Shown: positions 18,597-26,776 of the stretch, in pieces
How positions within the stretch are numbered: the first letter of the stretch is position 1
Layout: the number at the start of each line of letters is the position of its first letter
Assembly (NCBI GenBank): GCA_018693105.1
Contig: JABHLN010000002.1
Span: 5,172-69,171 of the forward strand
DNA length: 64,000 bases
Reading direction: 5' to 3'
Source of the DNA: Desulfobacterales bacterium
GTDB lineage: Bacteria > Desulfobacterota > Desulfobacteria > Desulfobacterales > SURF-7
The notes under the pieces: model-generated
Database searches by the model: none
Seen by the model: the letters and a program-made list of their open reading frames with translations, nothing else
Told to the model about the DNA's origin: nothing
Program-made: the position numbers and the translations under genes

Positions 18597-20528
18597 TTAA
18601 TCATTTATTAATTTATCAAGATTTTGTTGAGCCTCAATAAAATCCGGTTTCACCTTAAGCGCTTTGGAAAAAAAATGAGCTGCTTCCTTATACTTTTCCT
18701 GGCGGACAAGAATCAAGCCGGTATAGTAATAAGCTCCTGAAAACCCGGGATCTATCCTTATTGTCTGCTTGAAATGAACTATAGCCTCATCAAGTTTACC
18801 CTGTTTTTCCAGAAGTCTTCCAAAATTAAAATGCGCGTTAGAATGGTGCGGATTTATTTTTATTGCCATCCTGCAATGAAAAGCGGCTTTTTCAAACATG
18901 TTTTGTGTAATCAGCATATAAGCCATATTATTGTGAGCATCAGCATTATCAGGGTCTATTCTTATCACCTCACCGAAATGAAAAGCAGCTTCATCGTATC
19001 TTTTATTTTTATACATTAAATTTGCTAAGTTATAATGAGTTTTACTACTTACGGGTTTAAGCCGCACCCCTTCTTTATAAAAAACGATAGCTTCTTTGGT
19101 TCTGCCCCAGGCTGAAAACGTGGTGCCAAGATTATAATATGTTGATGCATAATAAGGGTTTATTTTTAAAGATTCACTATAATGAAAAACCGCCTTCTCA
19201 AAGTTTCCCGCCTTAAAATAAGCCGATCCTAAATTATTATGCGCAAGCCAGTTGTTTTTAGTATTTTTGACAGCCTGTTCAAAAAGAGTAATGCCATTTT
19301 TCCAGTGTAAAACCTGGGAATAAGTCTTTACAGCCATCCCGACAAAAACAAGTGTTACTGCTATTGCAATAATCCCCTTTTTAATATTCCGGCTTTTTAT
19401 GATATCGCCCCCCCCCCAGGCAACGATTATAAAAAGACCTGTCATGGGGATATAGGTATATCTGTCAGCCATTCCCTGTGATCCAACTTGTATTATTCCG
19501 ATAACAGGCACAAGAGTCCCCAGATACCAAAACAAGCCGGTCAGTAAATAAGGATATTGTTTGGAAGAGCGTATGGCTATATAAACTACACCGATTATTA
19601 TTGAAAATACACAAACAGCCTGCCACAGAGGCAGATAACTGCCTGTATGAGGGTAAATAGCTGAAAGAGAATATGGTAAAACCATTTTAACCGCATAAAT
19701 TGCATATGAATTAAAAGCATTGGCAATACGAATAATCATCGGTAAAGCGACAAATGATTCCACAGCCCCTATGCTTTGCTGTGCTTTTATAGTTAATATA
19801 CTGGAAATGATAACCGGAATAAAAAGAGGTGTTTTTTCTGTTGCAAGTATTAAAATACGCTTTAACAATATTATCATAGATCCGGTTTTTAAATAGAAAT
19901 CAAACCGACGATATGGCCAGAAATCAAGCAAAAGAAGGACAAAAGGTAAAGTTACAAGCATAGGCTTTGCCATAAGCCCCACGCTGAGAAAAAGAAAAAC
20001 AGCCAAATAATATATATAACGTTTTTGCTTTACATAGTAATGGTATGCGCCAATGGCCAGAAGTCCGAAAAATGTACAAAGTACATCCTTTCTTTCTGAA
20101 ACCCATGCCACAGATTCAACATGCAGCGGGTGCAAACCGAAAAGTGCAGCTACAAAAGCACTCTGCCATAGTCCACCGGTCATTTTATATAAAACTATAA
20201 ATAACAGGAGAGAATTGGCAATATGAAGTAAAAGACTTGAAAGATGGTGCCCTTTTGGATTCAATCCGTACAACTGGCAATCCAGCATATGCGAAAGCAT
20301 TGTAAGTGGATGCCAGTTTGCTGACTGATAAGTAGTAAAAGCGCGGATAACACCTTCGGCTGAAAAGCCTGCCTTGATATCTTCATTATCGGTTACATAC
20401 AAGTTGTCATCATAACCAACAAAATCAGAATCAAGTACCTGTTGAAATGAAGCAAATATAGACATTATCAACATCAGAATAATTAGCAGTATAATCTTTT
20501 TTTTTTGAAATGGCGGCAGTTTACTCAT
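18597..20528 (-). CDS. TMTC-like membrane protein: N-terminal multi-pass (PMT/DUF1736-like) domain plus C-terminal TPR repeats
   Basis: 643 aa. About 10 TM helices (FVGYDDNLYVTDN...NWHPLTMLSHMLD) are followed by about 7 TPR units (AHNNLG, YYNLG, HYNLA, AHNNMA…). Confidence 0.65.
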   Translation of the reverse strand: MSKLPPFQKKKIILLIILMLIMSIFASFQQVLDSDFVGYDDNLYVTDNEDIKAGFSAEGVIRAFTTYQSANWHPLTMLSHMLDCQLYGLNPKGHHLSSLLLHIANSLLLFIVLYKMTGGLWQSAFVAALFGLHPLHVESVAWVSERKDVLCTFFGLLAIGAYHYYVKQKRYIYYLAVFLFLSVGLMAKPMLVTLPFVLLLLDFWPYRRFDFYLKTGSMIILLKRILILATEKTPLFIPVIISSILTIKAQQSIGAVESFVALPMIIRIANAFNSYAIYAVKMVLPYSLSAIYPHTGSYLPLWQAVCVFSIIIGVVYIAIRSSKQYPYLLTGLFWYLGTLVPVIGIIQVGSQGMADRYTYIPMTGLFIIVAWGGGDIIKSRNIKKGIIAIAVTLVFVGMAVKTYSQVLHWKNGITLFEQAVKNTKNNWLAHNNLGSAYFKAGNFEKAVFHYSESLKINPYYASTYYNLGTTFSAWGRTKEAIVFYKEGVRLKPVSSKTHYNLANLMYKNKRYDEAAFHFGEVIRIDPDNADAHNNMAYMLITQNMFEKAAFHCRMAIKINPHHSNAHFNFGRLLEKQGKLDEAIVHFKQTIRIDPGFSGAYYYTGLILVRQEKYKEAAHFFSKALKVKPDFIEAQQNLDKLIND

Positions 20529-20690
20529 TGGGACTTTTTCTCTATGAAAATCTTATTTGGATCTAAACCATTCAGCAATCTGGAAGTTTTTTCCCACAAA
20601 CTTGGAGAAGGTTAAAAAAAACTCCCCGAACCTGAAATAATTGCGATGTGTTAAGACCTTTTATCAAAGTCCGGCCATCAAGTAAATACT

Positions 20691-21734
20691 TCATCTCTTT
20701 GCAAGCCAACACCCGGGATCTGCGATAAAAGGATCACCGGTCATAGAATATGATAAACACTTGAGTCCACCTCTGCAGCTATTTGAAAATGAACATCCTT
20801 CACAGCCGCTGCTCACACGTTTCCTGTCACGAAGAGTCCAGAAGAGGTCACTGCCGTAATACAGGTCATAAAGTGATGTTTCATTAAGATTACCAACTTT
20901 TACAGGCATCCTGCGACATGGATAAAGGTCTCCGTCCGGCATGACAGTAATAAGAGTATCTCCTGCGGAACACCTGTATGGTCTGCCCCCGGTAACTACA
21001 AACTGAAGCGCTCTGTTCATACCAACCTGAACAGGGTTAAAGAAAGAGAGCCTGGCTTTCTTTCTTTCCTTGTTCATTATATTAATAAAATTCAGAGTTT
21101 CTTCAGGATCAGGAACAAGATCGGACAGATTTTCGCCCTCACCGGAAGGAATAAGCCTGTCAGACCAGACTTTATTTACACGGAGTTTACGACCAAGTGC
21201 AGCCACCCGGGGAAATTCGCGAAAATTACCTTTGTGGGCAGTGAATGAAATAGATGTTTTGACACGGCTCCTGACAAGATGCTTTACAGCGGTATTCATA
21301 CTGTCAAAACTGCCCTGGCCGCGTATTTTATCATGGGTTAAGCGGTCACCCTCAAAGCTTACCTGGACAAATGCAGGATTTAACTTTGATATTTTTTCTG
21401 CATCCTGGCGATCTATTAATGTACCGTTTGTAAGTATGGCAAAAGAGAATATACTTCTTTTTTCATAGAAAACATTTAATAAGTCGTAAAAATCTTTTCT
21501 TAAAAAAGGTTCACCGCCTGTAATAGTGATATGACCTTTTACAGGGGTTTTATAGTTTAAACGCCAGAGGCTCAACAGGTCTTCGTATTGCTTAAGGATA
21601 TACATCATACTCTGAAAATCAGGTTCATCCCCGGAGTATTTTTCCTGGTAACAATGAGAACATCTAAGGTTACAGCTATTTGTAATATGCCACTGCAATA
21701 AAAGACGACGTGGAATATATATATTTTGCTGCAT
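20691..21734 (-). CDS. radical SAM enzyme with C-terminal SPASM domain (peptide/protein-modifying maturase family)
   Basis: 347 aa. CNLRCSHC (CxxxCxxC) lies near the N-terminus. SPASM-like features are CSAGDTLITVMPDGDLYPC, then CEGCSFSNSCRGGLKC, then DPGC. Confidence 0.75.
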   Translation of the reverse strand: MQQNIYIPRRLLLQWHITNSCNLRCSHCYQEKYSGDEPDFQSMMYILKQYEDLLSLWRLNYKTPVKGHITITGGEPFLRKDFYDLLNVFYEKRSIFSFAILTNGTLIDRQDAEKISKLNPAFVQVSFEGDRLTHDKIRGQGSFDSMNTAVKHLVRSRVKTSISFTAHKGNFREFPRVAALGRKLRVNKVWSDRLIPSGEGENLSDLVPDPEETLNFINIMNKERKKARLSFFNPVQVGMNRALQFVVTGGRPYRCSAGDTLITVMPDGDLYPCRRMPVKVGNLNETSLYDLYYGSDLFWTLRDRKRVSSGCEGCSFSNSCRGGLKCLSYSMTGDPFIADPGCWLAKR

Positions 21735-21760
21735 ATTATTAAGTAATCTATACTTTCCTT

Positions 21761-22501
21761 TTAATCACCGCAGCCACCGCAGCCGCCGTCATCACCTCCG
21801 CCACCATCATCTCCACTATTGTTATCATCTCCACCGCTATGATAGTTTCCATGAGATCCGTAATAGCCGTGGTGATAATAACCGCCATCGCCTGAAGAGC
21901 TGGAGCCAGGGCCAACCATCTTACGAAAACAGAATCTGGTCAGAAGAATGGTAACAATAAAAATAACAAAACCGACAACTACCCCAACAGCTCCTTTGGC
22001 TTCAGCAACCAGCCCCAGGGCAAAGAGTCCGCCAAAACAGAAAACGATTGCCGATACTATAAACCCTATACCCTTTTTCATACACCCTGCCTGTGGAGGC
22101 GGTTGTGTCTGCTGTGATTCGGTATATACATTCCTCGACACTTCTTCAGTCGCAGGAAGTTCAATACCTTTTTCATCTACAAGCTGTGAGATCGCTTTCT
22201 GACCTGTAGCAAGCATAGCTGCTTCAAAAGGTGTGACAACTATCTGCGATTCCACTTCATGCAACTCACCGTCCCATGGATCAAACATGAAATCGCCTGC
22301 AGGACCCTGAACTGTTATTTCAGGTGGACAAAGGTCTTCATCAGATCCGGCCTCCGGCATTTCAAAATGCTGAATTTTCTTCAGAACCTCCATTAACTCT
22401 TCAGCATTCATCTCACCAAGCTCATGACTGTCGTAACTGCCATTTGCATGGGTCAAGTTTTGGTTTATTCCCTGAACATAAGCGTTTACTTTCTTTTCCA
22501 T
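21761..22501 (-). CDS. membrane protein with low-complexity Gly/Tyr/His/Asp-rich C-terminal tail ending CGGCGD
   Basis: 246 aa. Acidic soluble N-terminal half, two TM helices (GIGFIVSAIVFCFGGLFALGLV; VGVVVGFVIFIVTILLTRFCF), then the tail GPGSSSSGDGGYYHHGYYGSHGNYHSGGDDNNSGDDGGGGDDGGCGGCGD. Confidence 0.55.
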   Translation of the reverse strand: MEKKVNAYVQGINQNLTHANGSYDSHELGEMNAEELMEVLKKIQHFEMPEAGSDEDLCPPEITVQGPAGDFMFDPWDGELHEVESQIVVTPFEAAMLATGQKAISQLVDEKGIELPATEEVSRNVYTESQQTQPPPQAGCMKKGIGFIVSAIVFCFGGLFALGLVAEAKGAVGVVVGFVIFIVTILLTRFCFRKMVGPGSSSSGDGGYYHHGYYGSHGNYHSGGDDNNSGDDGGGGDDGGCGGCGD

Positions 22502-22562
22502 AAATAGTCTCCTTCATTTAAAATTAAGGAAAAGGAACCAGAATTGTGTGTCAGTCTCTCGA

Positions 22563-23222
22563 TTATATCTTTACTATATCAGCACTTTCAATTGTTCCGT
22601 TATTAATTTCAGCTACTGCATAATGTCCCTGCCATAAAGGCCCGGGGTTTATCACATATGTCATGCCAATTTTATCTATGCTTCTGGATTCATGAATATG
22701 CCCGGTAAAACATGCAAGCGGCTTATAATCTTCTATGAAATGCCTCACGGATTTGCTGCCCACATGATCACCGGAACTCAAGACATCGCAGGATGTCTGA
22801 AACGGCGGCTGATGAGAAACAAGAATCAAGGGGTTTTCAACCGGAAAGCCTGACATCGCTTCATCAAGGTGTGATTTAAAGTCATCTTCAGAAATTTCAT
22901 TTGGTGTCTTAAACGGTGTTACAAGGGAGCCGCCGACGCCCACAAAGCATATACCGTCAACAATCCGGCTATTACCATGGAAATTCAGGTTTTCACTGTT
23001 TAAATAATCATCAACTTCGGGAAAATCACAATTACCGGAAACGGCTACGATTCCTGAGGCTTTTTTTCTTACTTTTTCTATTACTTCTTTTACATCATCA
23101 GCCCGTCCGAAATTTGTTATATCTCCAATAAGAAGAACCAAATCTGCTTTTGAAAGCTGGTCGGAAATTTCATCAATCTGAGAAAGATTTCCATGAATAT
23201 CTGCAAGGCCTATAATATTCAA
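22563..23222 (-). CDS. metallophosphoesterase (calcineurin-like, YfcE/MJ0936-type)
   Basis: 219 aa with GLADIHGN, LLIGDITNFG, SGNCD and TGHIH motifs. Confidence 0.75.
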   Translation of the reverse strand: MNIIGLADIHGNLSQIDEISDQLSKADLVLLIGDITNFGRADDVKEVIEKVRKKASGIVAVSGNCDFPEVDDYLNSENLNFHGNSRIVDGICFVGVGGSLVTPFKTPNEISEDDFKSHLDEAMSGFPVENPLILVSHQPPFQTSCDVLSSGDHVGSKSVRHFIEDYKPLACFTGHIHESRSIDKIGMTYVINPGPLWQGHYAVAEINNGTIESADIVKI

Positions 23223-23254
23223 AGCTCTATCCTCCGAAAAGATTTAATCGTTAG

Positions 23255-23296
23255 TTAGCGCCCATCCAGAAATGGTCATTTCTGGATGGGCGCTAA
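23255..23296. repeat. perfect 20-bp-arm palindrome (hairpin) adjacent to MITE-like copy A
   Basis: TTAGCGCCCATCCAGAAATG-GT-CATTTCTGGATGGGCGCTAA. A degenerate, split version of the same arms flanks copy B (25326-25339 and 25386-25399). Confidence 0.85.
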
Positions 23297-23323
23297 TCAA
23301 AATTGAAATAAGTTCATCAAGAT

Positions 23324-23478
23324 TGATAAACTCGTAAAAAGTATTAACGATGGCTAAGTAGAAATCTTCATATACAAGGCTCAGTGGTTGATCAGGAGTG
23401 AAGGTATACATGTAGTATGTCGAACTTCTGATCAACCGCTATAATGCAGTAGAGGGAGACTTTTTTACGACGCCATCA
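23324..23478 (+). repeat. MITE-like structured intergenic repeat, copy A (full length)
   Basis: Terminal inverted repeats TGATAAACTCGTAAAAAGT ... ACTTTTTTACGACGCCATCA, with an internal stem GGTTGATCAG/CTGATCAACC. The last 3 nt (TCA) are the stop codon (TGA) of the 23476..24432 gene. Confidence 0.85.
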
Positions 23479-24432
23479 ATCTTCAACAGGCTGTTTTATT
23501 GAATATCCTGTCTCAATAACAGTACCTGAAACCGGAACCGCTTCAGACATATTGGAAAAAACAGAAACAAGTTTTATCTGCCCTGTTTTTACTCCAGGAA
23601 TAAAATACTTCAAGTTTCCTATACCTTTGATTTCCTTGTTACTATCATAAACATCAAAGGTATCACCAGGTTTTAAACCGACCTCTTTTCCTGAAGTTAT
23701 TATTACTCTCTCATCTGTTACAGAGCTTGCAAAGCCTTTCCATGGCTGTTTGTTTATTGCCTCACTTAACTTTTCCCCTGCAATACCTGAAACTTTAGCT
23801 ACAACGGTATCCAGTTCGGGCATATTAATTACGCCATTTGAGTTAATTATATTATATTCGGATTCATTTACATCAAAAACATGTTCAAAGGTTTCTTCAT
23901 ACATCATCGCACCGGTCTCAGTATCATATGCATTTACATGAATCTTTAACTTGGCAAAACGATGCATTTTTCTGAATCCCCATACACCCTTCTTTTTCGA
24001 GTCTCCTTCAATGCCTTTTAAAGTACCGGTAACAACTGAGTTAATACCGAACTTCCTTCCAATTATGGATAGGACATAATTATCAATTTCGCCTGATGGT
24101 AAACGTGGAATTACAACCGAGCTATCAGAAAAGGCAGTATCTCCAGGTTTAACGATAATAATGCCCGGACTCGAACTTATTATTGTTTCCATAAAGTTCT
24201 GATGAAAAGTTGCTTCAAGTTTTCCTTTCATAAATGGTGCCATGTTTTTAAAAGAAGCTATCCATACCTTTTTCATTAAAGCATCTTCTGCCAATTCCCG
24301 GGCATGATCCTTTTTCCCTTTTGAAAAAAATGGAATGCATCCACTTGTAAAAGAAACCGAAGCAATTGTAAAAATTAAAACAACAAACAAAAAATATTTT
24401 GAAAAACTACCCTTTTTGCAAAAGAACATCAT
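23476..24432 (-). CDS. putative lipoprotein, unknown function
   Basis: 318 aa. Signal peptide with lipobox-like FTSGC. Overlaps the queF stop by 4 nt (ATGA). Confidence 0.5.
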   Translation of the reverse strand: MMFFCKKGSFSKYFLFVVLIFTIASVSFTSGCIPFFSKGKKDHARELAEDALMKKVWIASFKNMAPFMKGKLEATFHQNFMETIISSSPGIIIVKPGDTAFSDSSVVIPRLPSGEIDNYVLSIIGRKFGINSVVTGTLKGIEGDSKKKGVWGFRKMHRFAKLKIHVNAYDTETGAMMYEETFEHVFDVNESEYNIINSNGVINMPELDTVVAKVSGIAGEKLSEAINKQPWKGFASSVTDERVIITSGKEVGLKPGDTFDVYDSNKEIKGIGNLKYFIPGVKTGQIKLVSVFSNMSEAVPVSGTVIETGYSIKQPVED

Positions 24433-24824
24433 TTTTCCCTTTCATATTTTGCTAAAACCTTTGTAGTAATCCCGCCCCTTGCAGTGAAATCCCCTGTCAC
24501 TTCCATCCATTCAGGGGAAAGTACTGAAACAAGATCATCAAGGATTCTGTTGACAAGGTTTTCATAAAAAATACCTACATTTCTATATTGCAACAGATAA
24601 TATTTCAATGATTTCAGCTCTACGATTCTGCTGGCAGGCCTGTACGTTATTGAAATACACCCCATATCCGGAAGCCCGGTCATAGGACATACAGAAGTAT
24701 GTTCAGGCTGCCTGATGGTAATATCAACCCCGTTCCCGGTTTTATAGTCAATCGTTTCTAAAATATTTGTTCTGATTATATCCGGACTTTCAATTTTATA
24801 TCCTACATTTGTTTTTTCAGACAT
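24429..24824 (-). CDS. queF: NADPH-dependent 7-cyano-7-deazaguanine (preQ0) reductase, type I
   Basis: Start trimmed to ATG at 24824 ([10 protein letters not shown]). Motifs are [13 protein letters not shown] (catalytic Cys) and [14 protein letters not shown]. 131 aa, the typical QueF-I size. The long N-terminal extension in the ORF track is rejected. Confidence 0.85.
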   Translation of the reverse strand: MSEKTNVGYKIESPDIIRTNILETIDYKTGNGVDITIRQPEHTSVCPMTGLPDMGCISITYRPASRIVELKSLKYYLLQYRNVGIFYENLVNRILDDLVSVLSPEWMEVTGDFTARGGITTKVLAKYEREK

Positions 24825-24906
24825 ATTATAATCCTTAAATAATGAAACGCTGAAATAAATCGGTAAATAATTAATTGTGTTTTCTAATATTACATTTGAC
24901 TTTTTC

Positions 24907-24935
24907 TTAATAGATAATAATAAACATCCTGTCAA
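24907..24935 (-). promoter_or_regulatory. possible sigma70-type promoter for queF operon
   Basis: On the minus strand: TTGACA, a 17-nt spacer, then TATTAA, about 80 nt upstream of the queF ATG. Confidence 0.35.
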
Positions 24936-25058
24936 ACACCTTTCATTCAAAACGCACAAGTTATTTCCAATCTGTGTTGACACCGGATATGTTTTTTGAT
25001 AACAGATCAAAATCATTGAAAATTTCATTTCAATATTAGTTAAAAAAGGCAATAAAAG

Positions 25059-25244
25059 ATGGCATCAATAAATGAGCAGATTTTAAGAACAGCAAAGGAA
25101 ATAGTTGTAAAATTCATTGAGGTAGGAAGAATTTCACCTACAACCTTCCACGAATCTTTTAAAGAAATATATAAAACTATTGATCAATCAGTAAAAGATT
25201 CTATAAAAGATTCTGATGTTGCATCAGATCAAGGTAAAAAATAA
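25059..25244 (+). CDS. hypothetical small protein (61 aa)
   Basis: ORF only, with a weak A/G-rich region upstream and no recognisable domain. Confidence 0.3.
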   Translation: MASINEQILRTAKEIVVKFIEVGRISPTTFHESFKEIYKTIDQSVKDSIKDSDVASDQGKK

Positions 25245-25401
25245 TAATATAATATCACTCCAAAAAAACTTCCATGCACCAAATACATAAAAAACCCTAA
25301 TTTAATTCCTTATGGATCCTAATTTAGTGTCCATTCAGAGGATTATTTTTTGAGTATAACGAAGATATTGGGCAAAAAGACCATTTCTGGATGGGCACTA
25401 T

Positions 25402-25555
25402 TGATGAACTCGTAAAAAGTATCACCGATGGCTAAGTAGAAATCTTCATATACAAGACATAGCATTTGGCCAGACGTGAAGGCATACATGTAGTATGTCG
25501 AACGTCTGGCCAAACGCTATAACGCAGTAGATGGAGACTTTTTACGACGCCATCA
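25402..25555 (+). repeat. MITE-like structured intergenic repeat, copy B (full length)
   Basis: TGATGAACTCGTAAAAAGT ... GACTTTTTACGACGCCATCA, with internal stem TTTGGCCAGACG/CGTCTGGCCAAA. It ends exactly at the base before the stop codon of the 25556..26470 gene. Confidence 0.85.
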
Positions 25556-26470
25556 CTATTTAGCTGCAAATTTCCCCTGGTACGAATTTCTTTCTACGAG
25601 AGTACTATTTATCAGTAAAAGATTTTCATTCTTTTTAAGTGCCCACATAGGAGAAACAAGTTCTTCAGGATGCGGATCGCCGGTAAGGCGCTGAATAACC
25701 ATCGACCGAGGAAGAAGTTCCAGAAAATCACATACAAGTTCAGTATACTCCTTTTGTTCAAGGCACCTGTACTTCCCCAGACGATAAAGATTTTCAAGTT
25801 CGGTTCCTTTAATTACATACAGGAGGTGCAGTTTCAAACCGTCAATATCCATATCGGCAAGAACTCTTGCTGTTTCAAGCATATGTTCTCTATTTTCATT
25901 AGGGAGGCCCAGAATCACATGAGCACAAATTTTTATCCCCCTGTTTCTTGTTAAATCAACAGCCCTCTTGAAACACTTGAAATCATGGCCCCGGTTAATA
26001 AGCATCAGAGTAAAATCATGGACAGACTGAAGACCGTATTCAATCCAGATCATATAATCCCGGCAATATCCCTGCAGAAGATCCAGAACCGGTTTGTCAA
26101 CATTATCCGGTCTTGTACCGATTGAAAGCCCGACAACATCATCGACGGAAAGAGCCTCTTCATAAATCGCTTTCAACTTCTCTACAGGAGCATAAGTATT
26201 TGAAAATGATTGAAAATATGCAATAAATTTTTTTGCCTTATATCGCCTTGCAAGCCTTCCTTTGCTGCTTATCAGCTGATCCCTAATGGAAATCCCTTTA
26301 GAATATGCACCTGTTCCCGAACCCTTTGAGTTACAGTATATACAACCTCCTGTTGATATTTTCCCATCCCGGTTCGGGCACGAAAAACCGGCATCTATGG
26401 AAATTTTCTGAACCCTGCCCCCGAAATGCTTTCTCAAATATGTATTTAAATCATTGTATCTTTTATTCAT
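25556..26470 (-). CDS. TIGR01212-family radical SAM protein (YhcC-like)
   Basis: 304 aa. The N-terminus KISIDAGFSCPNRDGKISTGGCIYCN is characteristic of this family. Confidence 0.75.
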   Translation of the reverse strand: MNKRYNDLNTYLRKHFGGRVQKISIDAGFSCPNRDGKISTGGCIYCNSKGSGTGAYSKGISIRDQLISSKGRLARRYKAKKFIAYFQSFSNTYAPVEKLKAIYEEALSVDDVVGLSIGTRPDNVDKPVLDLLQGYCRDYMIWIEYGLQSVHDFTLMLINRGHDFKCFKRAVDLTRNRGIKICAHVILGLPNENREHMLETARVLADMDIDGLKLHLLYVIKGTELENLYRLGKYRCLEQKEYTELVCDFLELLPRSMVIQRLTGDPHPEELVSPMWALKKNENLLLINSTLVERNSYQGKFAAK

Positions 26471-26671
26471 TTTGCCTATTCCGACTTGACCATAAGATTA
26501 TACATCTATAATATTTGTTACTGTATTTAAATGAGATATACTCCCTTATTATATAAATTGAAAATAAATATTTTTTGCAAAACAAAAATAAGGTATCCTT
26601 AATTTAAAAACCATACATTACCGCTCCCGATTATCGGGAAGATCTTTTTTTAAAAATGATGTATATAGTAT

Positions 26672-26776
26672 TGATGAACTCGTGAAAACAAAAAAGTATA
26701 ACCGATGGCTAAGTAACCCCGCCTTGTCGGGACATATACAAAGCATAGTAGATGATCAGGAGTGAAGGCATACATG
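26672..26776 (+). repeat. MITE-like repeat, copy C (right half missing; runs into the mnmG start codon)
   Basis: TGATGAACTCGTGAAAAC..AAAAGTATAACCGATGGCTAAGTAA ... GATGATCAGGAGTGAAGGCATACATG. Similarity to copies A and B stops at the ATG at 26774-26776. Confidence 0.75.

Noticed and set aside
23244-23435. 63-aa ORF on the minus strand
   Set aside because: It lies entirely within the palindrome and MITE-like copy A. The equivalent frames in other copies are interrupted.
24825-25058. Possible preQ1 riboswitch upstream of queF, and the 76-codon N-terminal extension of the queF ORF
   Set aside because: I read the minus-strand leader and found nothing resembling the preQ1-I or preQ1-II consensus hairpin with an A-rich tail. 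The extension has no QueF similarity. A good start (MSEKTNVG) gives the canonical protein of about 131 aa.
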